Source: an uncultured Candidatus Saccharibacteria bacterium (GTDB taxonomy: Bacteria; Patescibacteriota; Saccharimonadia; Saccharimonadales; JBBQAJ01). From it: a stretch of DNA of 64,000 nucleotides. The stretch spans positions 35,199 to 99,198 of the forward strand of contig CAZQZT010000003.1 of the NCBI GenBank assembly GCA_964597925.1. The letters run 5' to 3'. Positions 39,571-48,874 of this stretch are shown piece by piece. A program made the position numbers and the translations under genes. The notes under the pieces were generated by a model that saw nothing but the letters and a program-made list of their open reading frames with translations, made no database searches and was not told the origin of the DNA. Positions within the stretch are counted from its first letter, which is position 1. Each line of letters opens with the position of its first letter.

Positions 39571-41607
39571 ATGACTTTGGGTAGTTCGGTTACAGATATA
39601 AAAGGTGTGGGGAGTGAAGTGGCCAAGAAATTGGCTGTTTTGGGGGTGAAAACCGTCGGTGAGCTGATTGACTACTATCCGCGTAGTTATGCTGATTATT
39701 CCGATGTTCAGACTATAAAACAGATAAAACCTGGCACAGTAACTATTAAAGCCACCATCAAATCCTCGGCAGGGCGCTATGCTCGCAGGGGGCTTCATAT
39801 TACAGAGGCTGTGGCTAGTGATGAAACAGGGGGTGTGCGGTTGGTTTGGTTTAATCAACCGTATAGAGCGGCGTCACTGAAATCAGACCAGGATTATTTC
39901 ATATCAGGTGAATTTGGATTGAATTATCAGAGATTAAGCATACAAAATCCGTCCATAGAATTGGTAACTAATTTTCCAGTCAACACGGCAAGGATAGTGC
40001 CAGTTTACCGTGAGACCAAAGGTTTGAAATCCGGTCAGATTCGGCGAGCTTTGCGTGAAACTCTGCCAGTTTTGCGCGCGTTACCAGAAACGTTGCCAGC
40101 TTGGTTGGTACAAGCAGAGCGCCTAATGTCTCGGGCAGAAGCGGTTGAGCAGATACATTTTCCTTCAACACCAGAAGATTTGATTACTGCTAAGCGCCGT
40201 CTAGGGTTTGAGGAAGTTTTCGAGCTAACTCTCGCTGCGCTCATGAACAAGTATGAACTTATGCAGGAAGTAGCAGTGAGCATACCATTTGAAGAAAAAC
40301 TGGCCAGAAGCTTCGTAAAACACCTGCCGTTTGTACTCACAGACGATCAAAAACGAGTGATTTGGCAGATTTATCAGGACATGCAGAAAACACAGCCCAT
40401 GAACCGTTTGATTGAAGGTGACGTTGGTTCTGGCAAGACCGTAGTAGCAGCCATGGCGGCAGTTATGGCTATGCAACATGGTTTCCAGATAGCATTTATG
40501 GCACCTACCGAGCTGCTTGCCAGACAGCATGCCAAAACTATCTACAAACTATTAGAACCACTGGACATGCATGAGCAAGTTGGTTTGCTGGTTGGCGGTC
40601 TTAGCCCAGCCCAAAAAACTGCCGCTCAAAAAAACATCGCCTCTGGCGACATTCGCTTTATGATAGGGACCAACGCCCTGATTCAGGAAAAAGTAGATAT
40701 GCACAAACTTGGTTTAGTAGTGATAGACGAACAGCACCGTTTTGGCGTAGAACAGCGTAAAAAGCTGCAGGCCAAAGCGGGCCACATGCCACACGTACTG
40801 AGCATGACGGCTACGCCCATACCTCGTAGTCTGGCGCTTACGCTGTATGGTGAACTTGACGTATCTGTTATAGCCACAAAACCTGCTAACCGCAGAGAAA
40901 CTAAAACAGAGTTAATCCCACTGGTTGGTCGCCAAAAAGCGTATGAAGACGTAGGCAAACAACTAGAAGTTGGTCGCCAAGCATTCATAGTTTGTCCGCT
41001 TATAAGTGACTCAGACTTTTTACCGGCAAAATCTGCCGAACAGGTTCATAAAGAACTATCTGGCGGTGTCTTCAAGCATAGGAGGGTTGGCCTACTGCAT
41101 GGCAAAATGAAGCCAGTAGAGAAGGATGCAATTATGCAGGAATTCGTCCATAACAAGCTCGATGTATTGGTTGCAACAACGGTCATAGAAGTTGGTGTTG
41201 ATGTACCAAATGCCACAGTTATGCTAATAGAAAATGCAGAACGGTTTGGTTTGGCGCAGATTCATCAGCTAAGGGGTAGAGTTGGGCGGAGTGAATATCA
41301 GGGTTATTGCTATCTGCTACTAAGTGATAATCAGTCTGCGACACCGCGTTTGCGGGCATTGCAGCATTCTTCGGACGGCTTCAAATTGGCTGAATATGAC
41401 CTTGAACTACGTGGTCCAGGAGCAATTTACGGTAGTATGCAACACGGTCAATTAGATCTAAGGATAGCCAAACTTAGCGACACCAAACTTATAGCATCTG
41501 CCAGAAGTCGTGCCCAGGAGTTTATAGATAAGCAAGAAGACCTGCTAAACTATAAGCAGCTTTATGAGCGAGTAAAAGCAAATCGCTCAGTTACGAATTT
41601 GAACTAA
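39571..41607 (+). CDS. recG: ATP-dependent DNA helicase RecG
   Basis: Wedge domain. Helicase motifs GDVGSGKT, DEQHRFG and QLRGRVGR. Confidence 0.9.
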   Translation: MTLGSSVTDIKGVGSEVAKKLAVLGVKTVGELIDYYPRSYADYSDVQTIKQIKPGTVTIKATIKSSAGRYARRGLHITEAVASDETGGVRLVWFNQPYRAASLKSDQDYFISGEFGLNYQRLSIQNPSIELVTNFPVNTARIVPVYRETKGLKSGQIRRALRETLPVLRALPETLPAWLVQAERLMSRAEAVEQIHFPSTPEDLITAKRRLGFEEVFELTLAALMNKYELMQEVAVSIPFEEKLARSFVKHLPFVLTDDQKRVIWQIYQDMQKTQPMNRLIEGDVGSGKTVVAAMAAVMAMQHGFQIAFMAPTELLARQHAKTIYKLLEPLDMHEQVGLLVGGLSPAQKTAAQKNIASGDIRFMIGTNALIQEKVDMHKLGLVVIDEQHRFGVEQRKKLQAKAGHMPHVLSMTATPIPRSLALTLYGELDVSVIATKPANRRETKTELIPLVGRQKAYEDVGKQLEVGRQAFIVCPLISDSDFLPAKSAEQVHKELSGGVFKHRRVGLLHGKMKPVEKDAIMQEFVHNKLDVLVATTVIEVGVDVPNATVMLIENAERFGLAQIHQLRGRVGRSEYQGYCYLLLSDNQSATPRLRALQHSSDGFKLAEYDLELRGPGAIYGSMQHGQLDLRIAKLSDTKLIASARSRAQEFIDKQEDLLNYKQLYERVKANRSVTNLN

Positions 41608-41609
41608 AT

Positions 41610-42425
41610 ATGTATAGCGGAACCACTCTCACCAAAATGTCCGGTCGTTTGCTCGGCACTCATCAGAAAATTGATCGTATAGCACGTAAACAACTCATGC
41701 GCTTAGTGCCAGAATTAAGCGGCTTTCCTCCGATAAAAAGAATCCTGCATTATGAGGGAAAAAACGGCCCCGACGCCATTAAGCGTAAAAGTCCCGCACG
41801 TAATGAGCCTTGGCATTTTATTAACCCTTATGATGACAAAGATATGCTACTTCTTGAGATAATTCAAGAACATTACGACAGGCTAGTTCAGGAGTTTAAA
41901 GTTGGTAATCAGGAGCGAATAGCGTTCGAAGCTGCCTGGCTGTCACACGCTATGGTAGATGGTCTGACTCCTGCGCATCATTACCCATACGAAGAAGAGC
42001 TAAAAGATATCAGAAATCATTCAGAACTATCCGACATAGATACCTTAAAAAAGAAATTTGTTATGCCTGGCAACACTACTCGCGAACTTCTGAGCAATAA
42101 TTGGCGGGCTTGGGGACCCCGAGGTCTCAAAACGGCTCATACGTTGTTCGAAATGGGCGTTGCTACGCTCATCGCTCCGCTACAATTCGGAGAAGTCCTA
42201 GTTACAGAAGCTGATATCGCACGATTAAAAAAGGTTGGTTTGCAGGCCTGGTACCGTGATACTGCCCGAGAAATCGCAGTGCTCGACATGTATCACAACT
42301 ATATCGATAAAGGTTGGACACCCAAATTGGCTTGGCAAGTAAGGCATAGGCTGGGGCCTACTCTGGTAAAGTCGGTTGCATTGGCTTGGCATGCTGCCCT
42401 GACAGAGTCGGAAGCTACTAAATAA
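41610..42425 (+). CDS. Hypothetical protein with possible Zn-phospholipase C / S1-P1 nuclease-like His/Asp signatures
   Basis: GTHQKI near the N-terminus and SHAMVDGLTPAHH (H-x3-D-x3-P-x-HH) mid-protein. 271 aa. Confidence 0.4.
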   Translation: MYSGTTLTKMSGRLLGTHQKIDRIARKQLMRLVPELSGFPPIKRILHYEGKNGPDAIKRKSPARNEPWHFINPYDDKDMLLLEIIQEHYDRLVQEFKVGNQERIAFEAAWLSHAMVDGLTPAHHYPYEEELKDIRNHSELSDIDTLKKKFVMPGNTTRELLSNNWRAWGPRGLKTAHTLFEMGVATLIAPLQFGEVLVTEADIARLKKVGLQAWYRDTAREIAVLDMYHNYIDKGWTPKLAWQVRHRLGPTLVKSVALAWHAALTESEATK

Positions 42426-42997
42426 TGAGGATCATCGCTGGCAGCTTAAAGGGTAGGCTATTTGAAGCTCCAAAAGGTCACAAATCTCACCCAATGGGCG
42501 ACAAACAACGTGGTGCACTATTTAATACATTGGGAGACATAACGGGTTTGACGGTCCTTGATCTATACGCTGGTAGTGGAGCGCTGAGTTTTGAAGCAAT
42601 TAGTCGCGGAGCATCCAGGGTTACGGCAGTAGAACTAGATCAGACCGCACAAGACTCAATCGTAAACAATATTCACAGTCTTGGTTTGCAAGAAAGTGTT
42701 ACGCTGGCCTCCAGCCGGGTAGCCAGCTGGTCTAAAAAACACATCACTGATTGGTACGACGTAGTTTTGTGCGACCCTCCCTATGACCGTGTACTAGAGG
42801 GTTCAATCCAAAAACTAACAACGCATGTAGCCAGAGGCGGAATCTTTGTCCTATCATGGCCCTCAAAACTCTCAATCCCCGAATTCAAATCCCTAGAACT
42901 AATAAAATCCAACACCTACGCCAACGCCCGAATAATATTCTACAAAAAACCAATCTCAATGCAAACACCTCTAGACGAAAACCGCTTTCTTCCGTAA
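42425..42997 (+). CDS. rsmD: 16S rRNA (guanine966-N2)-methyltransferase RsmD
   Basis: MRIIAGSLKGR...LDLYAGSGALSFEAISRGA...VLCDPPY is a canonical RsmD sequence. Confidence 0.85.
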   Translation: MRIIAGSLKGRLFEAPKGHKSHPMGDKQRGALFNTLGDITGLTVLDLYAGSGALSFEAISRGASRVTAVELDQTAQDSIVNNIHSLGLQESVTLASSRVASWSKKHITDWYDVVLCDPPYDRVLEGSIQKLTTHVARGGIFVLSWPSKLSIPEFKSLELIKSNTYANARIIFYKKPISMQTPLDENRFLP

Positions 42998-43017
42998 ACT
43001 ATGATGGTAAATTATAC

Positions 43018-43102
43018 GCGGATGTGGTGGAATTGGTAGACACGCCAGTTTTAGGAACTGGTGCCGTAAGGCGTGAAGGTTCAAGTCCTTTCATCCGCAC
43101 CA
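43018..43102 (+). tRNA. tRNA-Leu (anticodon UAG), class II with a long variable arm and encoded CCA
   Basis: Acceptor GCGGATG/CATCCGC, D-loop TGGAATTGGTAGAC, anticodon loop TTTAGGA and T-arm GGTTCAAGTCC. Ends ACCA. Confidence 0.85.
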
Positions 43103-43218
43103 TAATTTAAAACTATAGACAAGCATGGTATAATATATTACATGATTGCAAAATCTAATCAGTTGCATGTACATATCCTGCCCCAACGAGCCGGTTAGTT
43201 TGTCTTTTCTCAAAATCC

Positions 43219-43247
43219 AAACGCCCCGGCAGTCGGGGCGTTTTTAT
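43219..43247 (+). terminator. Strong rho-independent terminator
   Basis: 10-bp GC-rich stem AAACGCCCCG/CGGGGCGTTT, 5-nt loop, then TTTTT. Confidence 0.7.
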
Positions 43248-43303
43248 TATCCGTCTAAAATAACTTAGTCGGATTTGTATTTATTAACATATGGAGAAAT
43301 AAT

Positions 43304-43666
43304 ATGAATGAATTTAGAGAAATTTCTGGGAGCGCTGGGCTTAAATACAACGCTGAGGGTCTTGTATCAGTTATTGTAATCGATCAGCAAGCCATGGCAA
43401 TAAAAGGCCTTGAGGCTGTGTTAATGCAAGCATGGGCCGACTCTGAAGCAATAGACTTAAGCCTGTCGACAAGAAAAGCAACCTTTTGGTCAAGAAGTAG
43501 ACAAGAGCTTTGGGTAAAGGGTGAAACCAGTGGAAATAGTCTCTGGGTGTCGGCTGTCTACGCAGATTGTGATCTTGACTGTCTGTTGTATGACGTGAAC
43601 CCTATGGGTCCTGCTTGTCATAACGGAACTCAATCTTGCTTTCAGGTTGCTGATGGCGAAAATTAA
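43304..43666 (+). CDS. hisI: Phosphoribosyl-AMP cyclohydrolase-like protein (HisI family), standalone
   Basis: FWSRSRQELWVKGETSGN...DCDLDCLLYDVNP.GPACHNGTQSCF is the PRA-CH signature including the Cys/His metal site. Good RBS GGAG. Confidence 0.8.
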   Translation: MNEFREISGSAGLKYNAEGLVSVIVIDQQAMAIKGLEAVLMQAWADSEAIDLSLSTRKATFWSRSRQELWVKGETSGNSLWVSAVYADCDLDCLLYDVNPMGPACHNGTQSCFQVADGEN

Positions 43667-43686
43667 ACGTAAAATGAAGTAAAATC

Positions 43687-44985
43687 ATGACATTAAGTAC
43701 ACAACCAGTTAAAGGAGCACGGGATTTCTATCCTGAGCAGATGCGCGTTCGCAACTACATTTTTTCCAAGTGGCGAGAAGTTTGCGAACGGTTTGGATAT
43801 GAAGAATACGATGCACCTATACTAGAACCTACAGAACTGTATTTGAGTAAGGGTAACGAAGAAATAATTGCCGAGCAGACCTATACTTTTAAGGACCGCG
43901 GAGATCGGAGCGTTACCCTGCGCACGGAGATGACACCAACTGTTAGTCGTATGGTAGCTGCTCGGCGCCAAGAAGCGCCTTATCCACTCCGCTGGTATTC
44001 TATGCCTCAGTGTTGGCGCTACGAGCGTATGCAACGCGGTCGTGGTAGGGAATTTTACCAACTCAATGTAGACATGTTTGGAAACACTGATTTTGCGGCA
44101 GATCAAGAGCTGATTGTGGTGGCGGATGCGGTTATGAAGGCGTTTGGCGCCAAGCCAGCCATGTACAACATCAAGGTCAATAGCCGAAAGTTAATGGACT
44201 ACGTTTTGCTAGATTTCATAGGTTTAGATGAGACTCAGGCGCAAACCATGCGGCGACTCATAGATAACAGGGCAAAAGTTGCCCCTGCGGAATTTAAAGC
44301 AAAGCTAGATGTGATGTTTTCTCCCGCTCAGCGTGAAACTAATAAAGAAGCTCAGCTTATGGATTTTCTAGATGTAGGGAGCCTAGATGAGATTACAGCC
44401 GAGCTGCAAACCAGACCGGAAGTGGGCGAGCTTAAACAGCTACTGGCGAATCTGGAAATAGTAGGAATTAGCAATGCGAGCTTTGATCCATCACTGATAA
44501 GGGGATTTGACTACTACACTGACATAGCCTTCGAAGTAAACGACGTAAACCCAGAAAACAATCGTAGTATGTTTGGCGGTGGTCGTTATGACGGGCTGGT
44601 AGAGCTGTTTGGTGTAGAGGCACTTTCTGGCGTGGGGTTTGCTATGGGGGACATTACGCTCGTAAACTTCTTGGAATCAAACAGCCTGATGCCCAAATTT
44701 AAACCATCTACCGAACTGTATGTGTGCGGTCTAGGGGACGGTGCGCAAAAAGTTGCCCAGCAACTGCGAGGAATGGAAATAAACACTGCATTTGATTCAA
44801 CCGGCAGAAAGCTTGAAAAACAGATCAAAACAGCAGAAAAACTAGGCATTCGCTACATACTCTTCGTGGGCGACAAAGAGCTTGCCGAAGAACAGTTTGG
44901 CCTAAAAGATTTGGTTACAGGAGAGCAAGAAGCACATTCGTTAGAGCGTATCGTCAGTATAGTCAAAGACTTCCGCAAAGCATGA
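43687..44985 (+). CDS. hisS: Histidyl-tRNA synthetase
   Basis: Class II motifs (RYERMQRGRGREFYQLNVDMFG) plus a C-terminal anticodon-binding domain (IRYILFVGDKELAEEQFGLKDLVTGEQ). This argues for HisS rather than HisZ. Confidence 0.85.
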   Translation: MTLSTQPVKGARDFYPEQMRVRNYIFSKWREVCERFGYEEYDAPILEPTELYLSKGNEEIIAEQTYTFKDRGDRSVTLRTEMTPTVSRMVAARRQEAPYPLRWYSMPQCWRYERMQRGRGREFYQLNVDMFGNTDFAADQELIVVADAVMKAFGAKPAMYNIKVNSRKLMDYVLLDFIGLDETQAQTMRRLIDNRAKVAPAEFKAKLDVMFSPAQRETNKEAQLMDFLDVGSLDEITAELQTRPEVGELKQLLANLEIVGISNASFDPSLIRGFDYYTDIAFEVNDVNPENNRSMFGGGRYDGLVELFGVEALSGVGFAMGDITLVNFLESNSLMPKFKPSTELYVCGLGDGAQKVAQQLRGMEINTAFDSTGRKLEKQIKTAEKLGIRYILFVGDKELAEEQFGLKDLVTGEQEAHSLERIVSIVKDFRKA

Positions 44986-45431
44986 CTGCTACAAACCACG
45001 CACTCACCGGAGCGCTAATAGGGCTGGTGGTTGGTCAGCCCGTAGTAGCTGTAATTTTAGCAGTGCTATCTCATTTTGTTCTTGACGCAATACCGCATTA
45101 CACAGATGAGTCAATTAAAATATCTTCTGATGGCTTTACAAGGTATCTGATAGTTGAGGCACTCTTTTGCTTTAGTTTGGTAGCCGTATTGGTTCTAGCG
45201 CATCCTGAAAATTGGCCGTTGGCAGCCATTTGCGCTTTTTTGGCGACTAGCCCTGATTTTATGTGGATGCCTAAATATCTACGAGCGAGACAAGCTAAAC
45301 CAGAACCAAAGACACATAATGCCATAATCCGTTTCCATAGCCGCATACAGTGGTTTACAAAGCCAGTAGGTGCTGTTGTAGAGGCTGTTTGGACTGTGTG
45401 CGCTATTGTCCTGCTGGCAAAACTCATTTGA
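44982..45431 (+). CDS. Inner-membrane protein, DUF457/YdjM-like putative metal-dependent hydrolase
   Basis: Multi-TM protein with conserved His positions (NHALTGALIG, SHFVLDAIPHY). Confidence 0.5.
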   Translation: MTATNHALTGALIGLVVGQPVVAVILAVLSHFVLDAIPHYTDESIKISSDGFTRYLIVEALFCFSLVAVLVLAHPENWPLAAICAFLATSPDFMWMPKYLRARQAKPEPKTHNAIIRFHSRIQWFTKPVGAVVEAVWTVCAIVLLAKLI

Positions 45432-45451
45432 ATCTGTTAAAGTAGCATCTT

Positions 45452-46732
45452 ATGCAAGTAAAAGTCACTCATCCATCTACCACAGAAGCTGTAGTCACAG
45501 TTATAGCCAATGACGCCGAAATTAAAAACATCAAAGAGCACGTACTTGGACATTTCCAAGACAGGGTTAAAGTGCCTGGGTTTCGTTCGGGCAAAGTTCC
45601 CGTAAATGTTTTAGAAAAACACGTAGACCCTACGGATTTGCAAACGCAATTTTTAGAAGAAGCTATAGAACAGCTATACAGCCAATCATTGCAGTCGCAA
45701 AAACTGCGACCAGTGGACCGTCCGCAAGTTGCTATAAAGAAATTTGTACCATTTACTACTTTAGAATTTGAAGCCACAGTACCAGTTGTAGGCTCAATCA
45801 AGCTGGCTGATTATAAAAAGGTAAAAAAGACTAAACCAAAAGTTACTATTACAGCCAAAGACGTAGACGAAGTTATTGCGTCATTGCGTAATCGTGCAGC
45901 GGATAAGTCGGACGTAGATCGTCCAGCTAAAGATGGCGATCAAGTACATATAGATTTTAAAGGTACCGACAAAAAAGGTGCGCCTGTTAACGGTGCCGAC
46001 GGCAAAGACTATCCGCTTACTATCGGCAGTAAGGCCTTTATACCAGGGTTTGAAGAAAACCTGGTGGGGCTGAAAGCAAACGAAGAAAAGACCTTTACGT
46101 TGAAGTTTCCTAAGGATTACGGCGTTAAGGCGCTGGCGTCCAAAGACGTGACTTTCACAGTAAACGTCATAAAGGTGCAAGAACTCAAAGAGCCAAAACT
46201 CGATGACGCACTTGCTGCTACAGTAGGACCGTTCAAGACGGTCGCTGAACTAAAAGAAGACATCAAGAAACAGTTGGCAATAGAGCGCCAGCAACAAGCA
46301 GACCGTACGTACGAAAACGACATAATCCAGGAAATTAGCAACAAAAGCACAGTAGATGTGCCCAAAGCGCTGGTAGACGACCAGATAGAGCGTATGGAGC
46401 AAGAAGAGCGTCAAAACCTCACTTACCGCGGTCAGACATGGGAAGAGCATCTTGTGAAAGAAGATGTAGACGCAGACCAGCACAAAGAGCAAAAACGCCC
46501 CCAAGCGCTAGAACGCATAAAAGCCAGCTTAGTCATGACGGAGATTGCCGAAGCTGAAGGTTTGGAAGTTACGCCAGAAGAATTAGATCTGCGCATGCAG
46601 TTACTACGAGCACAGTACCAAGACCCGCAAATGTTAGCAGAGCTAGATAAGCCGGAAGCTCGCAGAGATATAGCCGGTAGAATCCTTACAGAAAAAACCC
46701 TAGAAAAAGTCGTTGGCTACACCTCTAAATAA
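45452..46732 (+). CDS. tig: Trigger factor
   Basis: N-terminal ribosome-binding domain (GFRSGKVP), FKBP PPIase domain and C-terminal arm domain. Confidence 0.9.
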   Translation: MQVKVTHPSTTEAVVTVIANDAEIKNIKEHVLGHFQDRVKVPGFRSGKVPVNVLEKHVDPTDLQTQFLEEAIEQLYSQSLQSQKLRPVDRPQVAIKKFVPFTTLEFEATVPVVGSIKLADYKKVKKTKPKVTITAKDVDEVIASLRNRAADKSDVDRPAKDGDQVHIDFKGTDKKGAPVNGADGKDYPLTIGSKAFIPGFEENLVGLKANEEKTFTLKFPKDYGVKALASKDVTFTVNVIKVQELKEPKLDDALAATVGPFKTVAELKEDIKKQLAIERQQQADRTYENDIIQEISNKSTVDVPKALVDDQIERMEQEERQNLTYRGQTWEEHLVKEDVDADQHKEQKRPQALERIKASLVMTEIAEAEGLEVTPEELDLRMQLLRAQYQDPQMLAELDKPEARRDIAGRILTEKTLEKVVGYTSK

Positions 46733-46778
46733 TAGAATTGCTAGCATAATACTAACAAGTGTGATATAATATTTCTTC

Positions 46779-47018
46779 ATGCATGAGACAATTATAACAA
46801 CAAATGGTTCAATTCAGCCTGAACGCCCCCCGACAATTAACGATTACGATCGACATCTAAACGTTGTGCTTAGTGAATTTCCGCGCCATCGGCTGATGAT
46901 TAGAATAATTGACCTTGCAGTAGATAGACTCGCCCAAACAGATCCGGGTAAAGCAAGTGAACTTGGCTTTAATCTGTTTGAAATGGTAGAAGCATATGAT
47001 AAGAGGCTTAGACAATAA
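46779..47018 (+). CDS. Small hypothetical protein (79 aa) between tig and clpP
   Basis: Preceded by a promoter-like TTGCTA-N18-TGATATAAT. No recognisable motif. Confidence 0.4.
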   Translation: MHETIITTNGSIQPERPPTINDYDRHLNVVLSEFPRHRLMIRIIDLAVDRLAQTDPGKASELGFNLFEMVEAYDKRLRQ

Positions 47019-47038
47019 ACTAGCACTCTTGACTTGTG

Positions 47039-47065
47039 AGTGCTAGTTTTTTATACTGGGCACGT
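47039..47065 (+). promoter_or_regulatory. CIRCE-like operator CTAGCACTC-N9-GAGTGCTAG overlapping the clpP promoter. -35 TTGACT is at 47048-47053 and -10 TATACT at 47071-47076.
   Basis: 8 of 9 positions per arm match the CIRCE consensus. The spacer carries the -35, with a 17-nt gap to TATACT. Confidence 0.65.
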
Positions 47066-47081
47066 AAACAAAGGGTTATAG

Positions 47082-47669
47082 ATGCCGCTTATTCCAACCG
47101 TTATAGAAAGTGAAGGCCGCTACGAAAGAGCCTATGATATTTATTCTCGTCTGCTAAAAGAACGCATAATCTTCATGGGAGAGGACGTAAACCCTCACAC
47201 CGCCAATCTGATCGTTGCACAGCTATTATTCTTACAATCAGAAGATGCCAAAAAAGACATTTACTTATACATAAACAGCCCCGGTGGCAGTGTGTACGAC
47301 GCCCTAGCCATCTACGACACAATACAGTTTGTAAAAAATGACGTTCAGACAGTGGGTATCGGTGTGCAAGCATCGGCTGCTGCATTTTTGCTGAGTTCTG
47401 GTGCTAAAGGTAAGCGCATGATTTTGCCTAACTCCACAGTTATGATTCATCAGCCGTCCTCAGGCACACGTGGCAAAGTAACAGATCAAGAAATTGACCT
47501 TAAAGAATCCTTGCGTGTAAAGAAATTGCTAGAAGGCATCATGGCCAAAAACACTGGCCAAAAACCAGCAAGAATACATGAAGACATGGAACGCGACCGT
47601 TGGATGGACTCGGTTGAAGCCCTGAAATACGGCATAGTAGACGAAGTCATCACTAACCCACCTAAATAG
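47082..47669 (+). CDS. clpP: ATP-dependent Clp protease proteolytic subunit
   Basis: ClpP signature SPGGSV with an active-site Ser, His and Asp in S14 peptidase context. Confidence 0.95.
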   Translation: MPLIPTVIESEGRYERAYDIYSRLLKERIIFMGEDVNPHTANLIVAQLLFLQSEDAKKDIYLYINSPGGSVYDALAIYDTIQFVKNDVQTVGIGVQASAAAFLLSSGAKGKRMILPNSTVMIHQPSSGTRGKVTDQEIDLKESLRVKKLLEGIMAKNTGQKPARIHEDMERDRWMDSVEALKYGIVDEVITNPPK

Positions 47670-47685
47670 CAACACGTAAACTATA

Positions 47686-48576
47686 CTATTTATCTAGAGC
47701 ATCGAGTAGTTTGGTTCCACGGAAATTTAGGTCATTGGTTATTCGATCATATTGTTCAGGGTTATTTAGCTCATGAAATGCGTTCATAATTATGATTCGA
47801 CCAATTGATGTTTCGTTATACCTGAGTGCCAGGTCGGGTAGGACGTTTAGGGCTACTATGTCTGGGGAATCAGATACTGGACCTCTAGCAGTGGCTTTAT
47901 TCGTTTTTATTTGAACTTTATATGAAATTTCGGGACCAGATTCGTTCAGTTCTGTCCATATACTTAGGTCCCAGGCATTTGGCCTTGCTTCCAAGCAGCT
48001 ATTGCCGTGATCTTGACGGAAAGTACTTTGTAATGGCAGCCATGTAACGGGTGAATTCATTGGGATATCTGAATCAATTTTTTTAGCTTCTCTCATGGCC
48101 AATATACCAACCGCTATTTCAGTTGTCGTACCGACTAGTGGAAGGGCATTGTCTCCGTCCCAGGTATGCAATTCAGCTTTCGGATTCGATAACCCGTCAT
48201 GGCCGACGTCCACCATTTTAGCATAAGCCGACAATACGTTTTTTCGAGTTGGAAGTTGGTTGCCGGCAGCAACCGATTTGAATAAACCCAGCTGAGCAAG
48301 TCTAAACTTAGAACGTAATCCGTAATACATAAGTGGGTCATTCCCGGCGGAGGCCGCTCTTTTGAAATGAACTGATGCCTTGTTTACAAGATCCTTCTGC
48401 TTGGTATCAAATGCGGCTTGTAGTGACATTTCACCTGCGAAATACTCACCTAAACCACCCCTCCGACGAGCTAGATGCACGCTGTTAGCCAAAGTATCTT
48501 CACCGTTTAAATATGAATCGGATATTACTAATAGGGCTTTTATTGGACTAAGATTTGCTAGATCGGGAGAGGACAT
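47686..48576 (-). CDS. Hypothetical protein (296 aa) with possible Sel1/TPR-like helical repeats in the N-terminal half
   Basis: Long ORF. GEYFAGEMSLQAAFD...AASAGNDPLMYYGLRS resembles Sel1-like repeats. The C-terminal half is unknown. Confidence 0.45.
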   Translation of the reverse strand: MSSPDLANLSPIKALLVISDSYLNGEDTLANSVHLARRRGGLGEYFAGEMSLQAAFDTKQKDLVNKASVHFKRAASAGNDPLMYYGLRSKFRLAQLGLFKSVAAGNQLPTRKNVLSAYAKMVDVGHDGLSNPKAELHTWDGDNALPLVGTTTEIAVGILAMREAKKIDSDIPMNSPVTWLPLQSTFRQDHGNSCLEARPNAWDLSIWTELNESGPEISYKVQIKTNKATARGPVSDSPDIVALNVLPDLALRYNETSIGRIIIMNAFHELNNPEQYDRITNDLNFRGTKLLDALDK

Positions 48577-48706
48577 AAATTATATAATAACATACAACGG
48601 AAACAAAGCAAGGCTAGGTTAATTTACAAATGAAGTGATTTGAGAGAAAAAACTACTAAAACGCATGCTTGCAGAATAAGTAATTATCGCTATTATATAT
48701 CTGATT

Positions 48707-48874
48707 ATGAAAGAATCTCAGTCAAAAATCGAAACCAGCCAGCTCATCACGGTCACGCTCAGTAGTGATATTTACGATCGTATTCAATTATTACGAGACT
48801 TTATAGTTGATGTGGCTGTAGGTGGATTCATGGATGGAGTAGCCGAAGGATATGTCAAAGAATTACCGGAATAG
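48707..48874 (+). CDS. Possible ribbon-helix-helix (CopG/antitoxin-like) mini-protein, 55 aa
   Basis: ITVTLSSDIYDRIQLLRDF shows a beta-strand then helix pattern typical of RHH DNA-binding proteins. No convincing RBS, so it may be non-coding. Confidence 0.25.
   Translation: MKESQSKIETSQLITVTLSSDIYDRIQLLRDFIVDVAVGGFMDGVAEGYVKELPE

Noticed and set aside
42856-43110. 84-aa plus-strand ORF overlapping the rsmD 3' end and the tRNA-Leu
   Set aside because: It reads through a canonical tRNA gene and is out of frame with rsmD, so it is spurious.
43103-43303. T-box riboswitch upstream of hisI-hisS (also considered upstream of tyrS at 37356-37449)
   Set aside because: No AAnnnGGGTGGnACCGCG T-box sequence and no Stem I specifier architecture. 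The tyrS leader is only ~95 nt.
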